Below, piece after piece: positions 9,021 to 17,687 of a stretch of DNA of 60,964 bases. The translations under genes were made by a program, and so were the position numbers. The stretch is from Candidatus Caenarcanum bioreactoricola. Its GTDB lineage: Bacteria; Cyanobacteriota; Vampirovibrionia; Caenarcaniphilales; Caenarcanaceae. The notes under the pieces are model-generated. The model was not told the DNA's origin. It searched no databases and worked only from the letters and a program-made list of their open reading frames with translations. The stretch covers positions 124,173 through 185,136 of the forward strand of contig MOYB01000001.1 in NCBI GenBank assembly GCA_001899385.1, given 5' to 3'. Position 1 is the first letter of the stretch. Each line of letters begins with the position of its first letter.

Positions 9021-9857
9021 TTAATGCTGAGAATCATTTCTTCTTAATTCTTGTATTTTATTATAATTTTCTTCTTCGATTGAATTAATAAGTCTAGGCT
9101 TAAATTTATTTAAATCACGCCAAATTATTACCCAAGCTCTTCCTATAATTCTATCTTTAGGTACAAATCCCCAAACATGTCCATCTTTACTATTATTTCT
9201 ATTATCTCCTAAGCAAAAATAATTATTTTCAGGAACTTTAATTTCTAAATTATTACTTAAAGTTGATTTATCAGGAAAATATTCTTTTAAATCAAAGATT
9301 TTTGATATTGAATAAAAAGGTTTTTCAAGAGGATATTCATTTGAAAAATAATTAGATCCTTGTGAATTAGGATAAACTTCAAGTAATCTTTCTCCGTTAA
9401 TATAAACCCCTTTATTTGCTTTTACTTCAATTACATCACCAGGTAAACCTATTATACGCTTTATATATGCATCTTCAACAGAAGGCATAAAAAAGAAAGG
9501 TTTAATTCTTCCCATATTTATATCTGAAGAAAAACCAGTTCCTCTTGCTAATTTATGTAAAAATCCTTGATTTAATTCTATAAAAGGAGGATAAAACACA
9601 ATTACATCACCTCTTTGAAAGCCATCTTTTTTTATTCCTAATTTTTGTGCATTCAAAGAAATTTTTTCTACTATTAATTGATCTCCTACTTGTAAATAAG
9701 GCAACATTGATTCGCTAGGTATATAACGTCTTTCAAAAAAACCTTGCCTTATAACTATTGCAATAATTATTAATATTAAAATAAATTCTATAATTTCTAC
9801 ACTTATTCTTATAAAAGTAGGTAATTTAAATTTATAATCATTCCATTTTTTAAACAT
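9021..9857 (-). CDS. lepB: Signal peptidase I
   Basis: N-terminal TM helix, SESMLPYL catalytic Ser box, YIKRIIGLPGD, GDNRNNSKDG box. Confidence 0.85.
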   Translation of the reverse strand: MFKKWNDYKFKLPTFIRISVEIIEFILILIIIAIVIRQGFFERRYIPSESMLPYLQVGDQLIVEKISLNAQKLGIKKDGFQRGDVIVFYPPFIELNQGFLHKLARGTGFSSDINMGRIKPFFFMPSVEDAYIKRIIGLPGDVIEVKANKGVYINGERLLEVYPNSQGSNYFSNEYPLEKPFYSISKIFDLKEYFPDKSTLSNNLEIKVPENNYFCLGDNRNNSKDGHVWGFVPKDRIIGRAWVIIWRDLNKFKPRLINSIEEENYNKIQELRRNDSQH

Positions 9858-9865
9858 TGTTATTA

Positions 9866-9895
9866 TACTCCCCCTTTAGGGGGTTGGGGGGCTTC
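9866..9895. repeat. GC-rich palindromic mini-element, intergenic copy between rplW stop and lepB start
   Basis: TACTCCCCCTTTAGGGGGTTGGGGGGCTTC. It is the exact reverse complement of 35075..35104. It abuts the rplW stop codon (9896-9898) and ends 8 nt before the lepB ATG. Confidence 0.85.
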
Positions 9896-10204
9896 TTAAA
9901 GTTTAGGGAAAATATCTAATTCTTTATCTGTTTGAATATAAGCTTTCTTTAAATCAGCAGACATTCTATAACCTTTTTTAGTTCTACGATTTTTACTTCT
10001 TTTTACTGTTGTATTTATACGAAGAACTTTTGCTCCAAATATCTTTTCAAAAGCTTCTGCAATTTGATCTTTATTAAAATTTCTTTTAACAAGAAAAGTA
10101 TAACATTTGCTTTGTGCAAGAATAGTACTTTTGTGAGTAATTATTGGACTTATTAAAATTTCTTTTAATTCTTTTATTTTTGGTTTTTCTAAAACTTGAT
10201 TCAT
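9896..10204 (-). CDS. rplW: 50S ribosomal protein L23
   Basis: Size (102 aa), position after L4, and the FLVKRNFNKDQIAEAFEKIFGAKVLRINT pattern. Confidence 0.85.
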   Translation of the reverse strand: MNQVLEKPKIKELKEILISPIITHKSTILAQSKCYTFLVKRNFNKDQIAEAFEKIFGAKVLRINTTVKRSKNRRTKKGYRMSADLKKAYIQTDKELDIFPKL

Positions 10205-10221
10205 TTTCTTTTCCTCCTTAA

Positions 10222-10917
10222 TTAATTAGAATTACAACTACAACAAGAGCAACAAATGCCTTTTCTTTCCAATCTTGTTAAAAGCCAAGATTCAGTATTT
10301 TTAATAAGATTCTTATCAAAAATTATTACATTTGCATTAAGTGCATCATGTGGATTAAGATTTTGCCAATGAATAACTTTACATTTTTCAATGTTTTTTA
10401 AGCTTTTCAATAAATTAAAATCTGCTTCATTATGTTGATCTAATATAAAAAGAATTTTTTCTCCTGTAATATTTAAATCTTCTAATAATTCTTTTGCCTT
10501 TGCAGTTTTAGGTTCTGTGAATTTTGGATATTCATTAAGGATTTTAATTTCTTTTACTTTTAAACTTAAAAGAGAACATAAAGCTTTTTTTCTTGCTCTT
10601 TTAGGCATAGATATAGTTATTTTATGAGGTTTTGGTCCAAAAATAACTCCCCCACCTGCAAACAAAGGAGATCTTAATGATCCTGCTCTAGCTCTACCTG
10701 TACCTTTTTGTCTCCAAGGTTTTGCACCTCCTCCTCTTACTTCTGATCTTGTTTTTGTAGAAGCAGTTCTTGATGGACGAGTATGTTGAAGCATTAAAAG
10801 TCTATGTACTAAATCTTTTTCTATAAGACCAACTTCTTCGAAAATTACATCAGAAGAAATTTCTAAATCTTCAACTTTTTTATTTTTTAAATCAATTACA
10901 TCAAATTTCATATTCAT
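10222..10917 (-). CDS. rplD: 50S ribosomal protein L4 with a Cys-rich C-terminal tail
   Basis: RGGGAKPWRQKGTGRARAGSLRSPLFAGGGVIFGP core motif. An extra C-terminal RKGICCSCCSCNSN makes it 231 aa. Confidence 0.85.
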   Translation of the reverse strand: MNMKFDVIDLKNKKVEDLEISSDVIFEEVGLIEKDLVHRLLMLQHTRPSRTASTKTRSEVRGGGAKPWRQKGTGRARAGSLRSPLFAGGGVIFGPKPHKITISMPKRARKKALCSLLSLKVKEIKILNEYPKFTEPKTAKAKELLEDLNITGEKILFILDQHNEADFNLLKSLKNIEKCKVIHWQNLNPHDALNANVIIFDKNLIKNTESWLLTRLERKGICCSCCSCNSN

Positions 10918-11615
10918 TACCTCGCTGAATTAAGCTTTCTTTTTCCGACCTTAACTGCATGTGCATTCCATCCTTTTTTAGGTTTTGCTGCTTTTAAAAT
11001 AACAAGTGAATTTTTAGCACCTGCAACAGCACCTTTCACAAGAATAAAACCATGTTCTGAATTATATGATACTAATTCTAGATTTGGAATGGTCACATCG
11101 TTACTATCACGACCTGGCATGTGTTTACCTTTAAATACTCGACCGGGTGTTGTACCTGCTCCAGCAGATCCAATATGTCTGTGATGTTTTGCACCGTGAG
11201 ACATTGGTCTACGATGATGATGCCATCTTTTAATACCGCCAGTAGTACCTTTTCCTTTTGGTCTACTTGTTGCTTCAAGTAATGCCCCTTTTTGTCCAAG
11301 TACTTCTTCAGGATTTAAAACATCACCAACATTATATTTTTGAATAAAGCTTTCATCAACTCTAAATTCCTTAAGTTCTCTAAAAACCTTAAGTTCTTTT
11401 TTCTTACAATGATTAACTTCTGCTTTTGTTAGTCTCTGTTCTTTTTCTTCTTCAACAGATCCGATTTGAATAGCATTATAACCATCTTTTTCATTAGATG
11501 ATTTTTTTTGAATTATAACATTTTCTAAAACTTCAAGCACTGTTACCGGAATAGCAGAGCCTTCCTCATCAAAGATTTGAGTCATACCTCTTTTTTTAGT
11601 CATTAAACCTAGCAT
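10917..11615 (-). CDS. rplC: 50S ribosomal protein L3
   Basis: MLGLMTKKRGMTQIFDEEG N-terminus, GKGTTGGIKRWHH block. Starts 1 nt inside the rpsJ end. Confidence 0.9.
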   Translation of the reverse strand: MLGLMTKKRGMTQIFDEEGSAIPVTVLEVLENVIIQKKSSNEKDGYNAIQIGSVEEEKEQRLTKAEVNHCKKKELKVFRELKEFRVDESFIQKYNVGDVLNPEEVLGQKGALLEATSRPKGKGTTGGIKRWHHHRRPMSHGAKHHRHIGSAGAGTTPGRVFKGKHMPGRDSNDVTIPNLELVSYNSEHGFILVKGAVAGAKNSLVILKAAKPKKGWNAHAVKVGKRKLNSAR

Positions 11616-11998
11616 TATGCATTACCCCCTTCAAGAACTTGGATTTTTACTCCCACTCCAGCGGGAAGATCTATCTTTTGTAAAATTGCCATGGTGTCAT
11701 CTGCCGGTTGAATGATTTCAATAATGCGTGAATGAACTCTCATTTCAAAATGTTCCCCTGAACGTTTATCTACGTGAGTTGAGCTGTTTACGCAATATCT
11801 TCTAATCTTTGTAGGCAGAGGAATTGGTCCGCTTAATTTCGCACCGTTTTCTCTTAAGATATCAACGGTTTGCTTGGTTACGGCATCTATTTGCCTATAA
11901 TCATAGCTTTTTAAGCGAATACGAACTTTACTTGTCTTGCTTTTGGAAGCAGTTGATTTTATCGTAGTTTTGCTTATATTTTTCTTTTGCGAATTCAT
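11615..11998 (-). CDS. rpsJ: 30S ribosomal protein S10 with a Lys/Ser-rich N-terminal extension
   Basis: IRLKSYDYRQIDAVTKQTVD...GPIPLPT...HSRIIEI core. About 20 extra N-terminal residues (MNSQKKNISKTTIKSTASKSKTSK). Confidence 0.85.
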   Translation of the reverse strand: MNSQKKNISKTTIKSTASKSKTSKVRIRLKSYDYRQIDAVTKQTVDILRENGAKLSGPIPLPTKIRRYCVNSSTHVDKRSGEHFEMRVHSRIIEIIQPADDTMAILQKIDLPAGVGVKIQVLEGGNA

Positions 11999-12147
11999 AC
12001 CTAATAAATTTTATACAGAAAAGAAATTATAACTAATTTAAAGAATAAAGTAAAGCAATAATTAAGAAATATATTTATTTTTGACTTGCTTTAAAATTAA
12101 GATACTTTAAGATTTTTAACATGGTAATTGATCTTTTTTTAAGACAA

Positions 12148-12156
12148 TGTTATACT
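12148..12156 (+). promoter_or_regulatory. Candidate extended -10 promoter element (TGTTATACT)
   Basis: TGnTATACT about 60 nt upstream of the 12215 ATG. Same ATGTTATA core as the candidates upstream of hcp and rnj. Confidence 0.3.
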
Positions 12157-12214
12157 GTAATTAAGGAATAATTAAAGCTTTTATAAAATATAAATATAAG
12201 AATAAAATATAAAT

Positions 12215-13621
12215 ATGACGCCAGTACTAAATATACAGTTCAGAAGCACAAACGGAAATGGGAGCAGCTTAACTCCTGTTTCCGATGATACCAAGGCAAA
12301 AAAGAAGAAAAAAAGCTCTTCTGATAGTTTAAATACTGACATACCTAGTCTTTTAAAGAAAGTTTTTGCTTATCAACAACAAAATATAAAAAATAATCCA
12401 AGTTGGACTCCTAATAGTAAAAATCAAGAACAAATATATACAGGACAAGAATTAAAGAAAAGATTAGCTACAAAATATAGTAAAAATGCTTATATTCTAG
12501 GTTTAACACCAGACCAATTAAAAGAAATTTTAGAAGAACTTAGACCAGATATACTAAAAAAACTTCCTGTTAGCCTTGATACTAAAGTAATACCGCCTCT
12601 TAAGAGAGAACATTTTAAAAGAGTACAAAGTTTTACAAAAGATAGTGTAAAACAAGAATTTCAAAATACAAGACAAAAAAATGAAACAGAAGATAAAATT
12701 CTTAGATATGTTGCTATTGTTGAAGGTCCTAATAGTCCTACTGGCGCTCAAATTGAAGTAGTTAATAATACAGGGCTTTCTAATGATGAGTTTGAAAAGA
12801 AATTCTGGTCTTATATAAATAATTCTATTAATGAAGGTGTTAGAACTGAAATCTGGGGAGTTGTTTTGCATGAACTTTTACATAGATATGTTGCAGAAGC
12901 TTGTGATAAAGATTTATTAAAGATTTCTGGTTGGGATGAAATGATAAAAATAGGAGTGTCTGACTTTAAGAAAGAAGGAGAATTAATGACTTCTGGTCAA
13001 GCGGATATGGATGAAAATATCGAATCTACTTCAAAAGAACTTCAAAAACATTTAGATGGCGTACAAGGTTTTTGGAATAATTTTAAACAAAAAATGCTTG
13101 AATTTAATAATGTAATGATGAATTTTAATCAAGCAGTGCAAAGAAATATGACTGGCTCTGCACAACAAGCAGTTAATTTCTGCAATAATACTTTACGTTT
13201 TATTGATGTAAAAACAAAAGAATTAACAGATATAACTTCTGATTTCTTTGAATTATCAAAACAAGCAATGATTTTAATTCTTTCTTCAATGTCTCCTATG
13301 CTACTTTTAAATAGTAAATTCTATGTACATGCAGGCACAATTTCTTCTGAAGATGTAGAAATTAAGAATATTTTTGCAAAAATAATGCATGAATGTCTTG
13401 AATATGCACAAGAATCAAAACAAAGATTAGCAGACTTAGCAAATATTCGAAAGCAGATTATAACTATAAAACAACAACTTATAAAAACAAATGGACGAAT
13501 GTTTGCGGTTCTTACTTTACCAGAAAGTTTTAGACAATTAGGAGAGCAAGGATTATTAGCACAAAAGAATAAAAAAGTTAAAAAGAAAGATGATGATGAT
13601 TTTAAAGAAAAACTAGCTTAA
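12215..13621 (+). CDS. Hypothetical protein with an HExxH motif (VVLHELLHRY), Lys-rich N-terminal region and helical C-terminal half
   Basis: 468-aa ORF, no signal peptide. Single HELLH at about residue 218. No family recognised. Confidence 0.5.
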   Translation: MTPVLNIQFRSTNGNGSSLTPVSDDTKAKKKKKSSSDSLNTDIPSLLKKVFAYQQQNIKNNPSWTPNSKNQEQIYTGQELKKRLATKYSKNAYILGLTPDQLKEILEELRPDILKKLPVSLDTKVIPPLKREHFKRVQSFTKDSVKQEFQNTRQKNETEDKILRYVAIVEGPNSPTGAQIEVVNNTGLSNDEFEKKFWSYINNSINEGVRTEIWGVVLHELLHRYVAEACDKDLLKISGWDEMIKIGVSDFKKEGELMTSGQADMDENIESTSKELQKHLDGVQGFWNNFKQKMLEFNNVMMNFNQAVQRNMTGSAQQAVNFCNNTLRFIDVKTKELTDITSDFFELSKQAMILILSSMSPMLLLNSKFYVHAGTISSEDVEIKNIFAKIMHECLEYAQESKQRLADLANIRKQIITIKQQLIKTNGRMFAVLTLPESFRQLGEQGLLAQKNKKVKKKDDDDFKEKLA

Positions 13622-13668
13622 AATAGGGCATAATAAAGTATAATTTTATTTTAAAGATATTTAGATAA

Positions 13669-14394
13669 ATGCTTATAAAAGGACGACCTATACCTGATGA
13701 ATTAAAACCATTAGATATAGGACTTTATAATAGTTTTTTAGAAGAGATTTTTACAGAAAAAGCTAAGCTAGATTTATTACAATATATACAAAAAGTTCAA
13801 GCTGATTGGAATGTATTTTCAGTTAATGATCGACTTAGAATACTTGAAAATTGTTATGAAATCTTGTTTCTAAATTTTATACCAAAACCAACATATAAAT
13901 TAACTTTTAGTCGTGTTAGATTTACAGCTACTTTTCATTATGATGATTGGTCAATAAGATTTTCACAAAATTATTTTGAAAGAAACTTTTCTGCAATATT
14001 AAAAACATGGTTTCATGAAACTTATCATGGATTATTACATTTTTTATCTTTAAGAATAAATATGAGTAGTGCTACTACAGTTATTAATCCCCCCAAAGAT
14101 ATTTTAATGATAGCAAAAAAATATCCTTTATCTCCAGATAATAAAGCTGCTTGTATGTTTGCAGAAAGAAATCTTATAGGTATGATAGATAGGCACTTAA
14201 CACATACAGAAAGATATTGGGCTGGACTAGATAGTTATTATTTGAATGTTGAAATAATTGTTGAAAATTTAACTATAATGAGTATGAAAAAAATTTTTCC
14301 AAATATGAATTTCCAAAGGAATTATAATACAGCAGAAGAATATATAAATCTAAGAATGCAAGGGCATCCTCCCCTTAAAGCCTCTGGTGGTTAA
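13669..14394 (+). CDS. Hypothetical protein with an HExxH motif (TWFHETYHGLLH), minimal zincin/SprT-like layout
   Basis: 241-aa ORF. A beta-rich segment ending in SIRFSQNYF, about 12 residues, then HETYH, as in small zincin folds. GC-rich PPLKASGG C-terminus. Confidence 0.45.
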   Translation: MLIKGRPIPDELKPLDIGLYNSFLEEIFTEKAKLDLLQYIQKVQADWNVFSVNDRLRILENCYEILFLNFIPKPTYKLTFSRVRFTATFHYDDWSIRFSQNYFERNFSAILKTWFHETYHGLLHFLSLRINMSSATTVINPPKDILMIAKKYPLSPDNKAACMFAERNLIGMIDRHLTHTERYWAGLDSYYLNVEIIVENLTIMSMKKIFPNMNFQRNYNTAEEYINLRMQGHPPLKASGG

Positions 14395-14408
14395 TACAAT
14401 TAGTATTT

Positions 14409-14903
14409 TTAACAAATTCTTGTTTCGGCTTGTGCTTTTTTAATTAATTTATTTTGTTTATTTTCTAATTTTGTTAAAACATAATCAATAGCTAAAGGAT
14501 CTTCTTGTAATTTTTTTTCTATGTTTTTAAATACAGTTAAAATAGCTTTTCCCATTTCACTATCTCTATCAAAATATCCTAAAGTACTATTTAAACGATT
14601 TACTACATAATTTATTGCTTGAAGTTTTATAATAGGATTATCTATAGAAACTGCAGGCATTAAATCTGATATTGCTTGTCCTAATACATCTATTGCTTCA
14701 TTAATTTTATTATATTCATTTGGTATTTGCTGTAAAGGATTTAAACAAAAACAATTAAAAGTATTGTTATTTGCCATGGTTGCTGGCATTAACATTGCAG
14801 GTATAAGCTGATAAGCTTGTGGAGTATTTTCATAATTATTGTTCATACACGTACAAAATATTTGAGGAGGTAAGGGCATCATTTGAAAATTAATAGGATT
14901 CAT
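14409..14903 (-). CDS. Hypothetical protein
   Basis: 164-aa ORF convergent with 13669..14394. Pro/Asn/Cys-rich N-terminal third and helical remainder. Confidence 0.4.
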   Translation of the reverse strand: MNPINFQMMPLPPQIFCTCMNNNYENTPQAYQLIPAMLMPATMANNNTFNCFCLNPLQQIPNEYNKINEAIDVLGQAISDLMPAVSIDNPIIKLQAINYVVNRLNSTLGYFDRDSEMGKAILTVFKNIEKKLQEDPLAIDYVLTKLENKQNKLIKKAQAETRIC

Positions 14904-15015
14904 AATTATATTAATTTAATCTATTCTATTTATTTTTTAATTCATATTTATTATCTTTAGATTAAATAAACTCATTTTGTATAGTAATTTTAGAAGTTAA
15001 ATTTAAGAAAAAGAG

Positions 15016-15570
15016 ATGAAAAACTATAAATTAAAAAGTAAAAGTCAAATAAATTCTATAACTATAAATGAAATAAAAACTTTTCTTAAAATAGACGGAA
15101 ATGAAGAAGATCCTTTAATTTTAGAACTTATAAAAACAGCAGAATCTTTAGCAGAAAAATATACATCAAGAAGTCTTTTAACACAGACTTGGGAATTAAT
15201 AGTTAGTCATTGTGATGAATCTATAAGAAGGCGATTTATAAAATTAAATAAACCTCCTATACAAAAAATCTTAAATTTTAAAATTTACAATAGTTTTTCA
15301 GAAAGAATAATTAATTCTAATGAATATTTTCTTGATAATGATGAATTAATTTTTCATAATGCAGAAATTGCTTTAAATCAAAATTTAAAAATAGAATTTC
15401 AAAGTGGTTATGGGGATTTACCTAGTTCTATTCCAGAACCTATAAAACATTGTTTAAAACTTTGTGTTGCACAATTTTATGAAAACAGAAGAGGAGAAGA
15501 AGTCCTTTCCGAAGGTTGTAAAGTTATTCTCAATCAATATAGAGATTGGTCAAATATTTTTTTAGGGTAA
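15016..15570 (+). CDS. Phage gp6-like head-tail connector protein
   Basis: Characteristic N-terminus ITINEIKTFLKIDGNEEDPLILELIKTAESLAEKYTSRSLLTQTWEL and C-terminal SGYG..IPEPIKHCLKLCVAQFYENR. Confidence 0.65.
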   Translation: MKNYKLKSKSQINSITINEIKTFLKIDGNEEDPLILELIKTAESLAEKYTSRSLLTQTWELIVSHCDESIRRRFIKLNKPPIQKILNFKIYNSFSERIINSNEYFLDNDELIFHNAEIALNQNLKIEFQSGYGDLPSSIPEPIKHCLKLCVAQFYENRRGEEVLSEGCKVILNQYRDWSNIFLG

Positions 15571-15575
15571 TTAAA

Positions 15576-15917
15576 ATGAAAATAAATTTTTTAAAACAAG
15601 CAAAACATAGAATCAAAATACAAGTAATAAAAGTATTAACTGATGAATATGGTGGATATTCTGAAATAATAACAGACAATTTTTTTGTTTGGGCAATAAT
15701 TCAACCAATTGAAAATAAAGAAATCTTTAATAATCAGAAAATTGAAAATCAGGATCTAAAAAAAATAATTATAAGATATATAGAAGGTTTAAGCTCTATA
15801 TGTAAAATAAAAATTGCCAATATATCTTATGAAATTATAAATATACAGAATTTTGATTATGATTTTGAGGGTTTAGGACAAGTATTTCATGTTATAGAAG
15901 CTAAAAAAATATGTTAA
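15576..15917 (+). CDS. Phage head-tail adaptor (head closure) protein
   Basis: HRIKIQV...DEYGGYSE...FVWAIIQPIENKE...IIIRY...ISYEIINI pattern typical of the SPP1 gp16/HK97 gp7-type family. ATG 5 nt after the connector stop. Confidence 0.6.
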   Translation: MKINFLKQAKHRIKIQVIKVLTDEYGGYSEIITDNFFVWAIIQPIENKEIFNNQKIENQDLKKIIIRYIEGLSSICKIKIANISYEIINIQNFDYDFEGLGQVFHVIEAKKIC

Positions 15918-15975
15918 AAAACTTTTTTTTGTGGAAAAGATAATTATAGGATTCTAAATTTTTGGAGACATTTCA

Positions 15976-16158
15976 ATGAAAAATTTAATTAGCAGATTTA
16001 TAAAAGAAGAAAATGCTGATCTTGCTATGTGGATAACATTAATTATATTCCTTCTTATAACAGTAGCTGCTTATATAATTGTATGGCCATGGGCACAAGG
16101 TCAAATAGATACTTCTACAAAGAAAGTATCAGAAAATATGGCTAAGATAGTTAAATAA
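15976..16158 (+). CDS. Small membrane protein with a Flp-pilin-like N-terminus
   Basis: MKNLISRFIKEENADLAMWITLIIFLLITVAAY resembles the Flp prepilin leader plus hydrophobic helix. It lacks the canonical Gly at -1 and the Glu/Tyr pair. Confidence 0.3.
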   Translation: MKNLISRFIKEENADLAMWITLIIFLLITVAAYIIVWPWAQGQIDTSTKKVSENMAKIVK

Positions 16159-16180
16159 TAAAATAGTTGAATATATTATG

Positions 16181-17551
16181 TTATACGAGGTTTGGTAATA
16201 AAAAACCAACCTCATTTTTGATTTTTTCAATTAATTCATCAAGTTTTGCAATTCTAGAACCTTTAAAACCTAGAATATTATTTTCTTTTAATAATTTTTG
16301 GTTTTGAATATATTCTAAAATTTCTTGCTGTGAATTAATTAAAAGTACTTTTTGTTTTTTTCTTTCAAATAACTCTTTCAATATTTCTTGATTTTCGCCA
16401 TTTTGTAGAATAATTAAATCTAATAATCCTGAGATTTCTTCTACCATTTCTTTGTATAAATCAAGAAAAGCTTCTCCTAATTCTGCCATTTCCCCCATAA
16501 TTAGAATTTTTTTCTTAGAGTTGGGTATTTTAGACATTGATTTAGCTAAAATTTTCATTGAATCTGGATTTGCATTATAGCTTTCATCAAGTAAAATAGC
16601 TCCTGAATTTAATTTAATTATTTCGCCACGACCTTTAGTTAAAGAAAAAAGACTTAATCCTTGTTTTATTTGATTATAATTTAATCCTAATTCTTTACAT
16701 ATATCAATTACAATACAAGCATTATTAATAACTGAATGATTGTATGTATTCATAGAGAATTCATGATCTCTATAAACGAAATTAATTTTATTTTCATATA
16801 TTTCAAGTTTTTCAGCTGTTCCAAAGAATATATGTTTACTACTTTTTGGATAAACAAGCTTTTCATCTTTAGGTAAAAGTATAAATTTTAATTGCGGAGA
16901 ATAAAATATCTCTGATTTTGCATTTGCAATAGCTTTTTTACTTCCTAAAATTCCTATATGTGAATTCCCTATATTTGTAATAACGGCAATTTCAGGCTCA
17001 GCAATATGCGTAAGTTCTTTGATTTCACCAATTTGACGCATACCCATTTCAACTATAAGTATATCTGTAGTTTTATCTGCTCGTAAAATCGTTTTTGCTA
17101 CACCTATTTCATTATTTTCATTTGCTTCAGTTGCAACTACTTTAAAATAATCTTGAATACAGGTTTTTAAAATTTCTTTAACAGTTGTTTTACCATTACT
17201 ACCAGTAATTCCTATTACTTTGCAATTTAAATTTTTTCTATGATGATTTGCTATTGTTTGATATGCTTTAAGAGTATCTTTTACAAAAATTACTGGTAAA
17301 TTAAGGGTTTTACACAATTCATAATCAGTCTTATTTAAGCTATTAATATTTAATATAAGTCCTTTTGCTCCTGATTCCAATGCTTGTTTAAAGAATAAAG
17401 TTCCATCAAAATTCTTACCTTTAATTCCAATAAACCATGAATCTTGCTTTTCTCGTGTATCAGTTGAAAATTCCCATTTAGGTAAAATTTCTTCTTTAAA
17501 ATTAAAAATCTCGATAATTTCTAAAATATTCTTTAATTCAAATGATTGCAA
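16181..17551 (-). CDS. murF: UDP-N-acetylmuramoyl-tripeptide--D-alanyl-D-alanine ligase
   Basis: GITGSNGKTTVKE P-loop, Mur ligase middle and C-terminal domains (DESYNANPDSM). 456 aa. Confidence 0.85.
   Translation of the reverse strand: MQSFELKNILEIIEIFNFKEEILPKWEFSTDTREKQDSWFIGIKGKNFDGTLFFKQALESGAKGLILNINSLNKTDYELCKTLNLPVIFVKDTLKAYQTIANHHRKNLNCKVIGITGSNGKTTVKEILKTCIQDYFKVVATEANENNEIGVAKTILRADKTTDILIVEMGMRQIGEIKELTHIAEPEIAVITNIGNSHIGILGSKKAIANAKSEIFYSPQLKFILLPKDEKLVYPKSSKHIFFGTAEKLEIYENKINFVYRDHEFSMNTYNHSVINNACIVIDICKELGLNYNQIKQGLSLFSLTKGRGEIIKLNSGAILLDESYNANPDSMKILAKSMSKIPNSKKKILIMGEMAELGEAFLDLYKEMVEEISGLLDLIILQNGENQEILKELFERKKQKVLLINSQQEILEYIQNQKLLKENNILGFKGSRIAKLDELIEKIKNEVGFLLPNLV
16187..16220 (+). 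terminator. Rho-independent terminator candidate for the 15976..16158 gene
   Basis: GAGGTTTGGT-AATAAAAA-ACCAACCTC (9 bp, one bulge) followed by ATTTTTGATTTTTT. Embedded in the last codons of the convergent murF. Confidence 0.45.
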
Positions 17552-17650
17552 GCTATATTTTCTCCTAATTTTAAGTGATTTTACAAGAAAATAATGATTT
17601 TTGCTATATAATACTATAGTAGTAATTTGATGCTAAAATATCTATATTTA

Positions 17651-17659
17651 TGTTATAAT
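17651..17659 (+). promoter_or_regulatory. Candidate extended -10 promoter (TGTTATAAT) for hcp
   Basis: TGnTATAAT 29 nt upstream of the ATG at 17688. GAAGGT Shine-Dalgarno-like sequence 8 nt before the ATG. Confidence 0.4.
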
Positions 17660-17687
17660 TTTTTTAGTTTATTTGAAGGTAAATTTT

